Positions 38,099-47,916 of a DNA stretch of 64,000 nucleotides are shown one piece after another. The stretch's first letter is position 1. Each line of letters starts with the position of its first letter. Position numbers and translations under genes: made by a program. The notes beneath the pieces are model-generated. The model was not told where the DNA came from. It worked only from the letters and a program-made list of their open reading frames with translations, and made no database searches. The DNA comes from Promethearchaeota archaeon (GTDB lineage: Archaea > Asgardarchaeota > Lokiarchaeia > Sigyniarchaeales > SOKP01): positions 1 to 64,000 of the forward strand of contig JAEOSU010000038.1 of the NCBI GenBank assembly GCA_016840165.1. Reading direction: 5' to 3'.

Positions 38099-38317
38099 TC
38101 AACAAAGTGTGAGGAATTCTTCTATTAAAATTGATTGATAAAGAGGGTCTCTTTCCTTAAATGGTATATCTTCAGTACCATCATATATATACTCAACTTC
38201 ATGGTCAGCATGAAAAGGTTTGACAATTTCAGCGACTAAAGAATGAAAATATGGACCATTTTCTGTTAAATGTTCCAATCGATCCCTAAGATGCTCCTTC
38301 AATCGTCCTGAACTCAT
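38099..38317 (-). CDS. Small protein with IYDGTE motif
   Basis: Shares its motif with the upstream ORF 38338-38514. Confidence 0.75.
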   Translation of the reverse strand: MSSGRLKEHLRDRLEHLTENGPYFHSLVAEIVKPFHADHEVEYIYDGTEDIPFKERDPLYQSILIEEFLTLC

Positions 38318-38337
38318 TTTCTTACTCGATCCTGTTA

Positions 38338-38514
38338 TTATTTTTGACTAATTCTTTTATGGTACGTTCGAATAACATCTTCGAATTCTAATTTCATTAA
38401 GGCTTTAAAAATAGGGTGGCGACTGTTAAATCGAATTAACTCTGTCCCATCATAAATATCAGGTTTTTTTATCTTATTTTGAGAGTTATCATTAAATTTG
38501 TGCTGAACAATCAT
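38338..38514 (-). CDS. Unannotated 58-aa protein with IYDGTE motif
   Basis: MIVQHKFNDNSQNKIKKPDIYDGTELIRFNSRHPIFKALMKLEFEDVIRTYHKRISQK*; starts 4 nt after the upstream stop. Confidence 0.75.
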   Translation of the reverse strand: MIVQHKFNDNSQNKIKKPDIYDGTELIRFNSRHPIFKALMKLEFEDVIRTYHKRISQK

Positions 38515-38518
38515 TATC

Positions 38519-38962
38519 TTATTCTTTGTATATCCTATCCCCTTTATATTTTAAATTCAAGCCCGATTTTTGAATCTTATCTCCTTGTGTAAAGAGTAAA
38601 TACTTAACAGCCTTAACATTAATTTTTAAATGTTCGGCCAAATCTTTTAAACTAATGTCATCGACCAATTGAAAAACCTGAGGTAATTTATCAATAATTT
38701 CTTTGATGTTACCTATCATTGACGCCAAAGCTATTTCTTGAGTGATAATTTTCACATCAACTCCATAATTATCTTTTAATTTCTCGGAGTTATTTTCGAT
38801 CCAATCATGGATTACTAATCTTGTAGCTTCTGATAAGGGAATATTTCTATTATTAGACATATTGCTAATAACATTGTAATCGAATTCATCCAAACTCACT
38901 GTAATTCTGTCCATTTTTGGTTTCTTCCGTTCGTTCTCCTCATTACCACTATTTGATGACAT
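38519..38962 (-). CDS. Ribbon-helix-helix (CopG-like) protein with C-terminal HTH
   Basis: RITVSLD...LSEATRLVI; ISLKDLAEHLKIN. Confidence 0.75.
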   Translation of the reverse strand: MSSNSGNEENERKKPKMDRITVSLDEFDYNVISNMSNNRNIPLSEATRLVIHDWIENNSEKLKDNYGVDVKIITQEIALASMIGNIKEIIDKLPQVFQLVDDISLKDLAEHLKINVKAVKYLLFTQGDKIQKSGLNLKYKGDRIYKE

Positions 38963-39139
38963 TTTTAGATCGACAAAAATACAGAGTTACTTAGGAGAAG
39001 ATCATTAGAGTATTTAAACGTTTGCATAAGGGATCATAAGATGATCACGGAGTGCAACATTTAAATATAAGTTATGTCATATTGATATTATATTAATATC
39101 ATCCATATATCACTTGGTCAAAAAAGAAAGAAAATATGC

Positions 39140-39790
39140 GTGATTGAGATGCTTGAACTTTATTCTCCGAATTTTGAATTATTAAATACTAAAGAGCGGG
39201 TTACAATGGATTTAATTAAACAAGGAAAGGAATATTTGGAGCAGTTTGATGTAAATCCGGACTTAATGTTGGATACATACTCATTAGTATATAGATATTT
39301 AAGAAAAACAGGTAAAATCCCACACAATCTCTACAAATTTTTCATAGCGGCATATTACATAGTATCCCGCCATCCTTTTGCGTTTCCTGCCCACCAATCG
39401 AAAGCTGAATTTAGTAATCAATTCGATCTTCCTGTAAGCTCACTTGAGTATAGTGTTGGCAAAATTACTACAACTTTTAATTATATTTGTATCTTAGATG
39501 ATATGAATTATCCATACTTCATTGATCCTAAACGTGATTTAAGTTTAAAATTCATAAAATCTATAGTAAGATCGAAAGTAGATAAGAAAATGATGCAGTT
39601 TTTGCTATATGAAAAGCCAATCAATTCTCAAATTCTTACTGAAGAGTTAGTTTCTGAGATACTTTTTGAACACAAAGCTTTTCCTGATGAACTGATGCGT
39701 CAATTATATGAGATTGTTTTTGAGTTAGTGGAAAATGAATTCAAAGATTATAATGAGTACGTTTCGCTACAAAAGAAAGTTTTTATTTAA
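39140..39790 (+). CDS. Hypothetical protein with cyclin-fold (TFIIB-core-like) similarity
   Basis: IAAYYIVSR..P..KAEFSNQFDLPVSSL resembles the TFB AA.LY..CR..P.T..EIA pattern. Confidence 0.55.
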   Translation: MIEMLELYSPNFELLNTKERVTMDLIKQGKEYLEQFDVNPDLMLDTYSLVYRYLRKTGKIPHNLYKFFIAAYYIVSRHPFAFPAHQSKAEFSNQFDLPVSSLEYSVGKITTTFNYICILDDMNYPYFIDPKRDLSLKFIKSIVRSKVDKKMMQFLLYEKPINSQILTEELVSEILFEHKAFPDELMRQLYEIVFELVENEFKDYNEYVSLQKKVFI

Positions 39791-39879
39791 TTATTTAACT
39801 TCTTTTTTCTACTATTTCTATCTCTCAAATTTTTAAAATTAGTCTTATAAAAGAAAAAAATAAGAAAAGAATCTCTAAA

Positions 39880-40863
39880 TTAAAGTCTTATGAGATGTAT
39901 GAAGAGATTAGAAAATCGATCAAATATAATTCTTTCTCGATATTTGGACGATAAAGCAATATCATAATTGAAAGCTTTAAGTTCTTTTTCATAATTGTTA
40001 TCCCATTCGTGAAGTGCCAAGATAACATTAAGTACTTGCTTTTGTAAATTCACAGGAACGGAGAATTCATGAAAATGTAAGAAAGGGCTAACTTTATTTA
40101 TTTTATTTGCATTTCGAGGGAGCCATCTAAATTCACTAATTTTTGAATGAGCATTTTTTCCAGGTTTATTGAACCGAGAGCATAACCGATTAGTAGAAAG
40201 AGTTATTCCAAGAAGTTCAGGAGAATGATATCTTTTCTTTCTAAGTGAAAAGTGAAAATCAAACAAGATATAAATATTTTCTTTAATCTTTATTACATAT
40301 TTATCATTTACACCAATCCAGATGATGGGTAGTACTAAGCTAAAGATAAGGTAACCAATCATTAGATTTCGAACAACAATACTATAAATACTATTATCAA
40401 AAACGAAAACCTCTAAATCAGTATAAATCATAAAAACAACAGATAGACTATTTAATAATACAAATAAGAGCCCACTGGTATACTTCTTTTGAAATTCATA
40501 CCCCATATAATTTAATTCTTCTTTAATGTAATTTATCAGGGATGGTGTAAATTTTACTCGAAGATGGTTTATTAAATAGAAAATTAAAAAGATCGAAGCG
40601 CTAAATAAAACCCATCCAATTGTTAAATTTAAATTAATAGAATATGGGCGATAATTTGCAATTTGAAGATAGTTGAGAAATACTATTCTTGGTTGTAAAT
40701 CTAGGATTACGTACCCAATTAAAATTAATAAAATTAAGCTAATTAAGCCACTTGCCTTTATTGATTTGATCAAGAACTCTCTTTTGAGTAATCTAATTGA
40801 TTTTGAAATATTCTTCTCATCTTCAAAATTTAAATCTGAATTTTTCTTGAAAAAACGTTTCAT
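39880..40863 (-). CDS. Membrane protein (4 TM plus soluble C-terminal domain)
   Basis: ATG at 40863 overlaps the upstream stop (ATGA) after GGAGG. Confidence 0.7.
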   Translation of the reverse strand: MKRFFKKNSDLNFEDEKNISKSIRLLKREFLIKSIKASGLISLILLILIGYVILDLQPRIVFLNYLQIANYRPYSINLNLTIGWVLFSASIFLIFYLINHLRVKFTPSLINYIKEELNYMGYEFQKKYTSGLLFVLLNSLSVVFMIYTDLEVFVFDNSIYSIVVRNLMIGYLIFSLVLPIIWIGVNDKYVIKIKENIYILFDFHFSLRKKRYHSPELLGITLSTNRLCSRFNKPGKNAHSKISEFRWLPRNANKINKVSPFLHFHEFSVPVNLQKQVLNVILALHEWDNNYEKELKAFNYDIALSSKYRERIIFDRFSNLFIHLIRL

Positions 40864-41324
40864 TCCTCCAACCTCCATCCTTTTGTTTTTTTTAAACCTT
40901 CTAGCGGAGTTTCCCAATAACTCTGGACGATTTCTCTAAATAGAGTCAAATCTGGGTTATCATCCTCATTTAATTTTATAATATGAAATTTTGAAGTTTT
41001 CTTCTCGATGGTGATATAATTTTCATTTTCTAAGTATTCAAAGGCATGCCATAATTTGTCTAATCTATCGATATTTAAACTGTTCTTTATATCGGTTTTA
41101 TTTACTACGGCATCCGGTGTAGTTAATTTCGCGATACTCATCATTACTTGACCTCCTCTTAAAGAGGCAATATTCGTTAATTTGTCAAAAATTATACAAA
41201 CTTTTTCCATGAACGAATTAAGTTCATTATAAAAGTCTAATTTGGTGGTACCATTTAGCTCCAGTTTTTTTTTGAAATCATCTAATTCGTATTTTTTTAC
41301 AAAATCTTGAAATAAATTAATCAT
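40860..41324 (-). CDS. Winged-helix-like hypothetical protein
   Basis: KTDIKNSL...AFEYLENENYITIEK..FHIIKL. Confidence 0.6.
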   Translation of the reverse strand: MINLFQDFVKKYELDDFKKKLELNGTTKLDFYNELNSFMEKVCIIFDKLTNIASLRGGQVMMSIAKLTTPDAVVNKTDIKNSLNIDRLDKLWHAFEYLENENYITIEKKTSKFHIIKLNEDDNPDLTLFREIVQSYWETPLEGLKKTKGWRLEE

Positions 41325-41608
41325 TATGATTAACTAATAGTTAAGCTTTTATAAAAAAAATACTACTATTTGAAATATTTTATTCTCACTTTAATAGTAG
41401 TCTGTCTAATTGTGTGTTAAGCTTCACAGTTTATGCGTCTTCTTATACGGATAATCCGTATAAGAATACAGTTTTTTCTTAATTCAATACGAATCATGCT
41501 CATTATCACTTATATAAGGGATCATCTAACTACTAAACAATATTGTAGAAAATTTGGATGTCTCTCTAAAAGTAAAAAATGGTGCGATAAACTATTACAG
41601 AAAAAGTT

Positions 41609-41806
41609 TTGTTTAAGACGTTTGAGCAAATCTGTTTAGATAAACTAAAAGAAATAGGAATATCTACTGCCTCAGAATGGTGTAAGGCCATGGGCTACAT
41701 GCATCGCGGGTCACTTGCAAAAATTATCAGAAGGATCAAGCAAAACTCTCCGGAAAAACTCAAGATATATAATGGCAAAAAGCCAAGACGATATGAAGCA
41801 GTATAA
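41609..41806 (+). CDS. Small basic HTH-like protein
   Basis: STASEWCKAMGY...LAKIIRRI...PRRY; TTG start after a GGTG-like SD region. Confidence 0.6.
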   Translation: MFKTFEQICLDKLKEIGISTASEWCKAMGYMHRGSLAKIIRRIKQNSPEKLKIYNGKKPRRYEAV

Positions 41807-41810
41807 ATCT

Positions 41811-42653
41811 CTATATATTTAATTTTTCATCATATAAATCGCGATCAATAATCAATGAGTTAATCTTTGAAAAAAGACCTAAGATTAAACTCATCTCTTT
41901 TTTTGTCATCAAAGCTCGTTCTAATACATTCCTAAATGCGAAATAAACGCTTTTTTGTTTGTAATTACGTATTTTAAGGGTTCTAATAACATTGTCAATA
42001 ATTTTGAGTAATAATTTTCGCTCTTCTCTTTCTGCTAATAATACTGGATGCTTGCCTCTTCCAATGTTTAAATTATGAGTCGTTTTAAATACCTCATATA
42101 ACACTATAGCACAAGCATGGGATATATTTAATGTGGGATACAAATTGTAAGTGGGAATCCGTAAGATGATGTCTGAAAAGCTTATCTCTTCATTTGTTAG
42201 TCCACGAGATTCTTTACCGAATAATATTGCGATTTTTAGATTTTTTTTGGAGATTGGTAGTTCTAAATGTTCTGGAAATATAGCACTTCGCTTAATATTG
42301 GTATATCTTTTGCCTTTAGCCGTTGTCGCAATAATTAAATCAAATTGGTTCATTAGTTTTTCAAGTTCTTTAAGATGGTGCTGTTCATTTTCAAGCTGAA
42401 TAACCTTAGCATTAATAAGTATCTGTTTTCCATGCATTGCAAATCCTTGAGTTTCATAGCTAAAAATTTTCTCTATCTTCTCAATAGGGTTAAATATTAT
42501 CAGATTTTGAAAATTAAAGTTCACCATTACACGAGCAATGGAACCAATATTTCCAGAATGTTCTGGTTGAACTAAAATAATACTAAATTGGAGATTTTCA
42601 TATTCTTTTGCTAGTGTTGTTTCCTTAAAAGCATCTAAGTCTATATCTTTCAT
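41811..42653 (-). CDS. trmJ: SPOUT RNA methyltransferase, TrmJ/TrmH family
   Basis: P...GNIGSIARVM.NF, LFGKESRGLTNEE, YPTLNISHA. Confidence 0.85.
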   Translation of the reverse strand: MKDIDLDAFKETTLAKEYENLQFSIILVQPEHSGNIGSIARVMVNFNFQNLIIFNPIEKIEKIFSYETQGFAMHGKQILINAKVIQLENEQHHLKELEKLMNQFDLIIATTAKGKRYTNIKRSAIFPEHLELPISKKNLKIAILFGKESRGLTNEEISFSDIILRIPTYNLYPTLNISHACAIVLYEVFKTTHNLNIGRGKHPVLLAEREERKLLLKIIDNVIRTLKIRNYKQKSVYFAFRNVLERALMTKKEMSLILGLFSKINSLIIDRDLYDEKLNI

Positions 42654-42768
42654 TTTTTACACCAAAAGAGCTATTATTTTAGTAATTCACTCTATAAATA
42701 GCAAATTTTATGGATGATAAAAATGTTTTTAATAGAACTTAGTAAAGAAAAAATAAAATAAAAATTAT

Positions 42769-44175
42769 TTAGTTAGAATTAATCTTGTTCCTTTTTTCAT
42801 TGTGTAATGTTTCGATATCGATTTTGATTTGTTCATATTTTTCTTTATTAATTGGAAATTTAAGTATCGCTATAATTCCTATACCAAGAGCAATCGCAGG
42901 AAATACGAATATAAGTATCTTTAAACCTATTTCAACGCCTAATATGCCCGTAGGATCCAAAGAAAACACTTTCCATCCAGTAGTTCTAAATACTAAATTA
43001 ATCGTAAGAATTACTAAAATGGTAGATAGTTTCGTGATTAAAGCATTTATACCGTAAAATCCACCTTCTCGTCTTGTTTTAGTTAATAACTCATCTTGAT
43101 CAATAATGGCTCCTAATACAATATCGCCAAACAACAACGCTCCCGAGAGTCCAATACCTACTAGGAAAAAGATTAAAAATGCTATTTCCATACTGTTTAT
43201 GAGTGTTAAAGGGAAAAGTGTAATAATAAAAACAGCAAAAGACAACATATAGCCTTTTTTCATACCAACTTTTAACGCGATAAATCGCCAGAGGATCATA
43301 AAAATGGCTGCAGAAATGAAGGTAAATCCCAATAATAAACCCAATAACATTGATTCTTCTTCAGGTATATGTAATACAAAACTCCCATATAACGGAACAA
43401 TCATCGGAAGCATACCAATTACATACCAGTATGCTAAATTAGCCACAATAAAATACCGAAAGGATCTGTTTTTAATTGATATTTTTAAAGAATTTAAGAA
43501 AGATGGAGCTGTTTCGTAATCTTTTGAAAATTCCTTTTTTTCTTTAATTCCAAAAAAAATTAGCAAAATGACGCCAATGAACATTACAATCATCATTATG
43601 ATAGCCGCAAAGCTATAGTTCGAAAAATTATTTGGATCATCTAGTTTTCCTATAAGAAAAGGAGGAATAACAGATGCAACAATCAATCCAAGAACGGTAA
43701 ATATTTGTTTAATCGCATTTGCTTTTGAACGCTCATTTAGATCTTTAAACATCTCCGGAAATAACGATGCATAATTTAAGTCATAGGTTGTATAAGAAAT
43801 ATCGAATAAAATAACCATGATAATAAGATAAATAAACGAGAGTGGTAAAGAACTTGCTGGTGGAGTAAATAGAAACACAATGATTAGACATAAAGGAATT
43901 AATGCTAATATGATATATGGTTTTCTTCTCCCAAATCTACTTTTTGTCCGATCTGATAACGCTCCCATCATTGGATCATTGAAAGAATTCCATAGTGACC
44001 AAATTATAAACGCTATAGTAATAAAATCAACATCTATACCAACCACAGCAAAGTAAAAAGTAAAGACATACATATTAAACATCTGGATAACAATAGTATC
44101 TGAAAATTGTCCAATACCATATCCTACTGCCTTTTTTGTTGAATACGAATCTCTTTTCTTATCCATCATTTTCAT
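42769..44175 (-). CDS. MFS GPH-family transporter
   Basis: WNSFNDPMMGALSDR..GRRKPY; IDQDEL.T..RREG. Confidence 0.92.
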   Translation of the reverse strand: MKMMDKKRDSYSTKKAVGYGIGQFSDTIVIQMFNMYVFTFYFAVVGIDVDFITIAFIIWSLWNSFNDPMMGALSDRTKSRFGRRKPYIILALIPLCLIIVFLFTPPASSLPLSFIYLIIMVILFDISYTTYDLNYASLFPEMFKDLNERSKANAIKQIFTVLGLIVASVIPPFLIGKLDDPNNFSNYSFAAIIMMIVMFIGVILLIFFGIKEKKEFSKDYETAPSFLNSLKISIKNRSFRYFIVANLAYWYVIGMLPMIVPLYGSFVLHIPEEESMLLGLLLGFTFISAAIFMILWRFIALKVGMKKGYMLSFAVFIITLFPLTLINSMEIAFLIFFLVGIGLSGALLFGDIVLGAIIDQDELLTKTRREGGFYGINALITKLSTILVILTINLVFRTTGWKVFSLDPTGILGVEIGLKILIFVFPAIALGIGIIAILKFPINKEKYEQIKIDIETLHNEKRNKINSN

Positions 44176-44304
44176 TCAGTTTATCTAAAGATTAAATTTA
44201 ATATTAAGTTGAATAAAGGTTTATTTATAGCTTTAGCAAATATATATTCAAATTAAATCAATAATTTAGATTTATACACAAAACTGTTAAATTTTGATGA
44301 GTTT

Positions 44305-45984
44305 ATGTCAGATGAAATGTTAGAAGAAATCACTGAAGCTGCTGCAGAAGGAAATTATAAAGAAATTGGACGTTTAGTTAGAAAGGCTCGGAGAAAAGGC
44401 TTTAAAGTAGAGGAAATAATTGAAGCATTGTCAAGTGGGTTAACGGATACGAGTAAAAAATATAAATCCAAAGGAATGTATCTTGATGATATAATTAAAT
44501 CTGCGGGAGCTTTTGAAGTAGGATTTCAAGCGCTAGGTCTTCCAGATCCGACTAAAGAACCTGAAGAGAAAATCATTCTTGGTGTAATGGGAGGGCCATG
44601 GACAATTGGAACTAACATCGTATCGGCAAATCTTAAAGCTCATGGGTTTGAAGTTATTAATGCAGGGTCAGATGTCACGCCAGAAGATATTGCTAAGAAA
44701 ACTCTAGAAACGGATGCTCGAATAGTTGCTTTTGCTATATATTTAATGCAAACTAAAGGAGATGTTTCAAAATTAGAAGAAGAATTATGGAAACTAGGGA
44801 TACGTCATAAAGTGAAAACGATACTCAGTGGTCCAGCAGCATCTTCAATTATGGCTCAAAAGTCAAATGTGGATGCATATGTAAAAGATGTAAACGAGCT
44901 AATCCTTAAGGTGAAAGAATTTTCTGAAGAACTTAAATCAGAAATGAGTTCATATGAGAGAGTAATGACTTCCGTTGCTCATAAAGAACCAGATAGGGTA
45001 CCATTTATGCCTTTTGCTCAAACTTTTTCAGCTAAAGTAGCTGGAATTCCTTTCTCTCAGTATGTAAGTAAAGCGGAAAAATTCGTAGAGGGTCAAATAA
45101 AAGCTTATAAAATGTTTGGTTGGGATGCATTATGTTTCTCATCGGACGTAGGAATGTATGCGGAAGCCTGTGGGGCAAAAATTGAGTTTCCATATGATGA
45201 TGTTCCACGAATTGCAAAACCCGTTTTAAGTCATGCTAACCTCTATGAGGATTTTAAAAAGTTAGATCTTCCAAATCCAAAGAAGGCTGGTCGGCTCACA
45301 GAATCAATTAATGCTATTGAAATGGCGAAGAAAGAACTAGGAGATCTTGTTCCCTTGATAGGATGGACTGAGGGACCCTTTCAAGGGGTTACCTTGCTTT
45401 CAGGAGCTGATCCAATGCAATTATTCTATGTACTAGATCACCCTGATGAATTTAGGGAAATGTTAGATTGGTATGCAGATTTTGAAATTGAAGTAGCTCG
45501 GGCAATGTATGAAGCAGGAGCTGATATTATCGGAGTAGGTGAGACTGCAGCCTATTTTATGTCTCCTAAATTTTTTGAAGAATTTTGTTTAAAACCAGAA
45601 AAAAAAGCATGCCAAGCAATAAAGAAAATGGGCATGATACCACTAATTCATTGCTGTGGATATGTACCGCAGTGTATTCATTTTGCTGTTGAAACTAATC
45701 CAGGAGGAGCTATTCAATTTGATTATCAAGTAGATTTAGCATGGGCTAAAAATGTACTTGCTAACAAAGTAACTATTATGGGGAATCTCAATTATAATAA
45801 GTTAACGAATTCAGATACCCAAGGGGTATATGAGGATTGCAGAGAACATATTAAAATTGCTGCAAAAGGAGGAGGATTTTGGTTGGCATTTGGATGCGAA
45901 ATTCCTCGTGAATTACCAATTGAGAATATGAGAACAATAATGAGAGCTGTAAAAACAATAGGAAAATACCCAATAAAATCTTAA
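44305..45984 (+). CDS. Fusion of a corrinoid (B12-binding) protein and an MtaA/CmuA (URO-D-fold) methyltransferase
   Basis: Cap helices plus IGxNIV..L..HGFEVI.AG.DV; EPDRVP, GPF, HCCG, MGN, GCEIP. Confidence 0.88.
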   Translation: MSDEMLEEITEAAAEGNYKEIGRLVRKARRKGFKVEEIIEALSSGLTDTSKKYKSKGMYLDDIIKSAGAFEVGFQALGLPDPTKEPEEKIILGVMGGPWTIGTNIVSANLKAHGFEVINAGSDVTPEDIAKKTLETDARIVAFAIYLMQTKGDVSKLEEELWKLGIRHKVKTILSGPAASSIMAQKSNVDAYVKDVNELILKVKEFSEELKSEMSSYERVMTSVAHKEPDRVPFMPFAQTFSAKVAGIPFSQYVSKAEKFVEGQIKAYKMFGWDALCFSSDVGMYAEACGAKIEFPYDDVPRIAKPVLSHANLYEDFKKLDLPNPKKAGRLTESINAIEMAKKELGDLVPLIGWTEGPFQGVTLLSGADPMQLFYVLDHPDEFREMLDWYADFEIEVARAMYEAGADIIGVGETAAYFMSPKFFEEFCLKPEKKACQAIKKMGMIPLIHCCGYVPQCIHFAVETNPGGAIQFDYQVDLAWAKNVLANKVTIMGNLNYNKLTNSDTQGVYEDCREHIKIAAKGGGFWLAFGCEIPRELPIENMRTIMRAVKTIGKYPIKS

Positions 45985-46102
45985 AAAAGAATATATAACA
46001 TATAAATATCTTTTATATTTTTTAATTACTATAATATCGAATTATTCAATGTTGTCAATGTATAGCCTAAACAACCCTCAATAAATCGATTCACCATAAA
46101 TT

Positions 46103-46696
46103 ATGTTAGATTTTAACAATATTTTGAATTATCTTGAATTTATTAATATAAGTACTGATGATCAATCTATTTTTGAATGGAAACCTCCAAATTCATATAA
46201 GAGTTACATGCTTGATTTAAATATAGTTAAACAAAATAGAATGAGCAATATTTTCTTTCACCTTAATAAAGGCAATTTAAAAATTGTCCATATTAGAAAA
46301 GACAAATTAATCTATTCGGCTGGAGCATCTAATGAAATTCAATTTCAGCTCTTAGAGGCTCTAATTGATCATATTTCAATAAAATTTTATGAAATATGGG
46401 ATGTTGATTATGTTTTAAGCTATGAGAATTTTACACCTACAGTTTTTAATCCATTTAAAAAAGAAGTCCAAGAAATCATTGAGAAATTTCACACATTAGA
46501 TTTAATTAAAATTATTAATGTTGAGTGTATGGTATGCGAAAAGATACTACCCCTCATCGTAAAAGTAAGTTTGATAAAAAATGCTGAGTCATACCCAGTA
46601 CCGATTGTTTTTGATCATTTAGGACATTCAATCCTTTGCTACATTGATAAAAATTTTCATGTGCGAGGCATAGAACTCGTGAATAAAACAGGTTAA
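46103..46696 (+). CDS. Hypothetical protein with CxxC and C-terminal H..LCYID.NF.VRG motif
   Basis: Motif read from translation. Confidence 0.7.
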   Translation: MLDFNNILNYLEFINISTDDQSIFEWKPPNSYKSYMLDLNIVKQNRMSNIFFHLNKGNLKIVHIRKDKLIYSAGASNEIQFQLLEALIDHISIKFYEIWDVDYVLSYENFTPTVFNPFKKEVQEIIEKFHTLDLIKIINVECMVCEKILPLIVKVSLIKNAESYPVPIVFDHLGHSILCYIDKNFHVRGIELVNKTG

Positions 46697-46783
46697 TTTG
46701 TTTTACTGGGATTTAGGATTCTCTTATTTTAATCATCATTTAATAAGCAAATTATTAATACTTCATTTTTATTAATAAATAAT

Positions 46784-47851
46784 ATGGCTAATAACAATCA
46801 TTCCGACGAGGATGTCTTCTTTGAAGATATCGTCAAAAAGACTAAAACGGGGATTACGTTTCCTAAGGAACTCCGAGATATTATGTTTAGTGAAGATGCT
46901 GAGATTTATTTTAAATTAAAAGTTCCCAAAGATAAAAGTAAGATTATTTTAGAAGTAATTTCAGAAGCAGATGCAGAAAGTCACAAAAAAGTGGTTATTC
47001 TTAAATCAAAACCTGAGTTGAAATCTAAAGGAAAAAAGAATGGAGAAATTGTTAGTGGTGGGACTAGTTTAGCGCCTAATTGGGGTGATTATTTTGTATA
47101 TGATTTTAAAAGTAGAGAAAAAGTTAAACCTATCTTAGAATCCGCGTTTTATAAATTTGCAGAAACTCCAATGAATTTAGAAGACGCCATGGGAAGAGTA
47201 AAATATGTCTTGGTTTCCTTTTTAACGTCAAAAGTTAAAACAGAAAATGCTAAACTCTATTATTCTGTTATAAGGTTTTTAAATGATATTATTGAAAAAT
47301 TTAATCAACCTAATTTATTAGATTGGATTTTTGAAAAAATCATCCCTAATATTGAAAGTAAATTCCTATATGAGCTTGCTCTTTTAGATCTGGTCGAAAT
47401 CTCATTAAAAGTAAAACGATGGGAAAAAGCAGAATTATACATCTTTTATGTCCTAAAAAATATAGATGAATATCCTCCCTCAGAAATGTATAATGTGATG
47501 AATAGCTTTAAACAATTAGTTAAGAAAGTGAAAGGTGTTGAACGTAGCGATAAAATTGATATATTACTTAAAGAGAAGTTGATGGAATATGCCGAAAATG
47601 TAATTAAGGAAGATGTTGATTATAAAATCCAGATAATTGAATTTTTAGAAGATTTAGATTATATCGAACTCGCTTATAAACTTGCAAAAGAATTAGAGAA
47701 AACTCTCCCCCCTAAGAGTGTTCGTATTGATGAAGTGAGAAAAATTGTTAAAAGATTATATATTGCTCCTATTGCTGAAAATAAACCACAATCGAGTATA
47801 GATTATGATGAAATTGATGAAGATGATAATACCGAAAAAGATCAGACTTGA
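46784..47851 (+). CDS. Protein with AbrB/SpoVT-like N-terminus and helical-repeat C-terminus
   Basis: GITFPKELRD; TPR-like helices. Confidence 0.55.
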   Translation: MANNNHSDEDVFFEDIVKKTKTGITFPKELRDIMFSEDAEIYFKLKVPKDKSKIILEVISEADAESHKKVVILKSKPELKSKGKKNGEIVSGGTSLAPNWGDYFVYDFKSREKVKPILESAFYKFAETPMNLEDAMGRVKYVLVSFLTSKVKTENAKLYYSVIRFLNDIIEKFNQPNLLDWIFEKIIPNIESKFLYELALLDLVEISLKVKRWEKAELYIFYVLKNIDEYPPSEMYNVMNSFKQLVKKVKGVERSDKIDILLKEKLMEYAENVIKEDVDYKIQIIEFLEDLDYIELAYKLAKELEKTLPPKSVRIDEVRKIVKRLYIAPIAENKPQSSIDYDEIDEDDNTEKDQT

Positions 47852-47916
47852 AATGTTATATTTAACCACGTTTATTACTAATACAATTATTAAAGTATTG
47901 GAAGAGGTAATTAAAG

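Noticed and set aside
38020-38104. TGT-TGA (Cys-Sec?) read-through at the end of the 72-aa ORF
   Set aside because: The extension looks like AT-rich intergenic sequence, the paralogue ends at a similar point, and there is no SECIS evidence
41433-41639. 68-aa ORF
   Set aside because: No recognisable features; spans the probable promoter and overlaps the better HTH-like ORF at 41609
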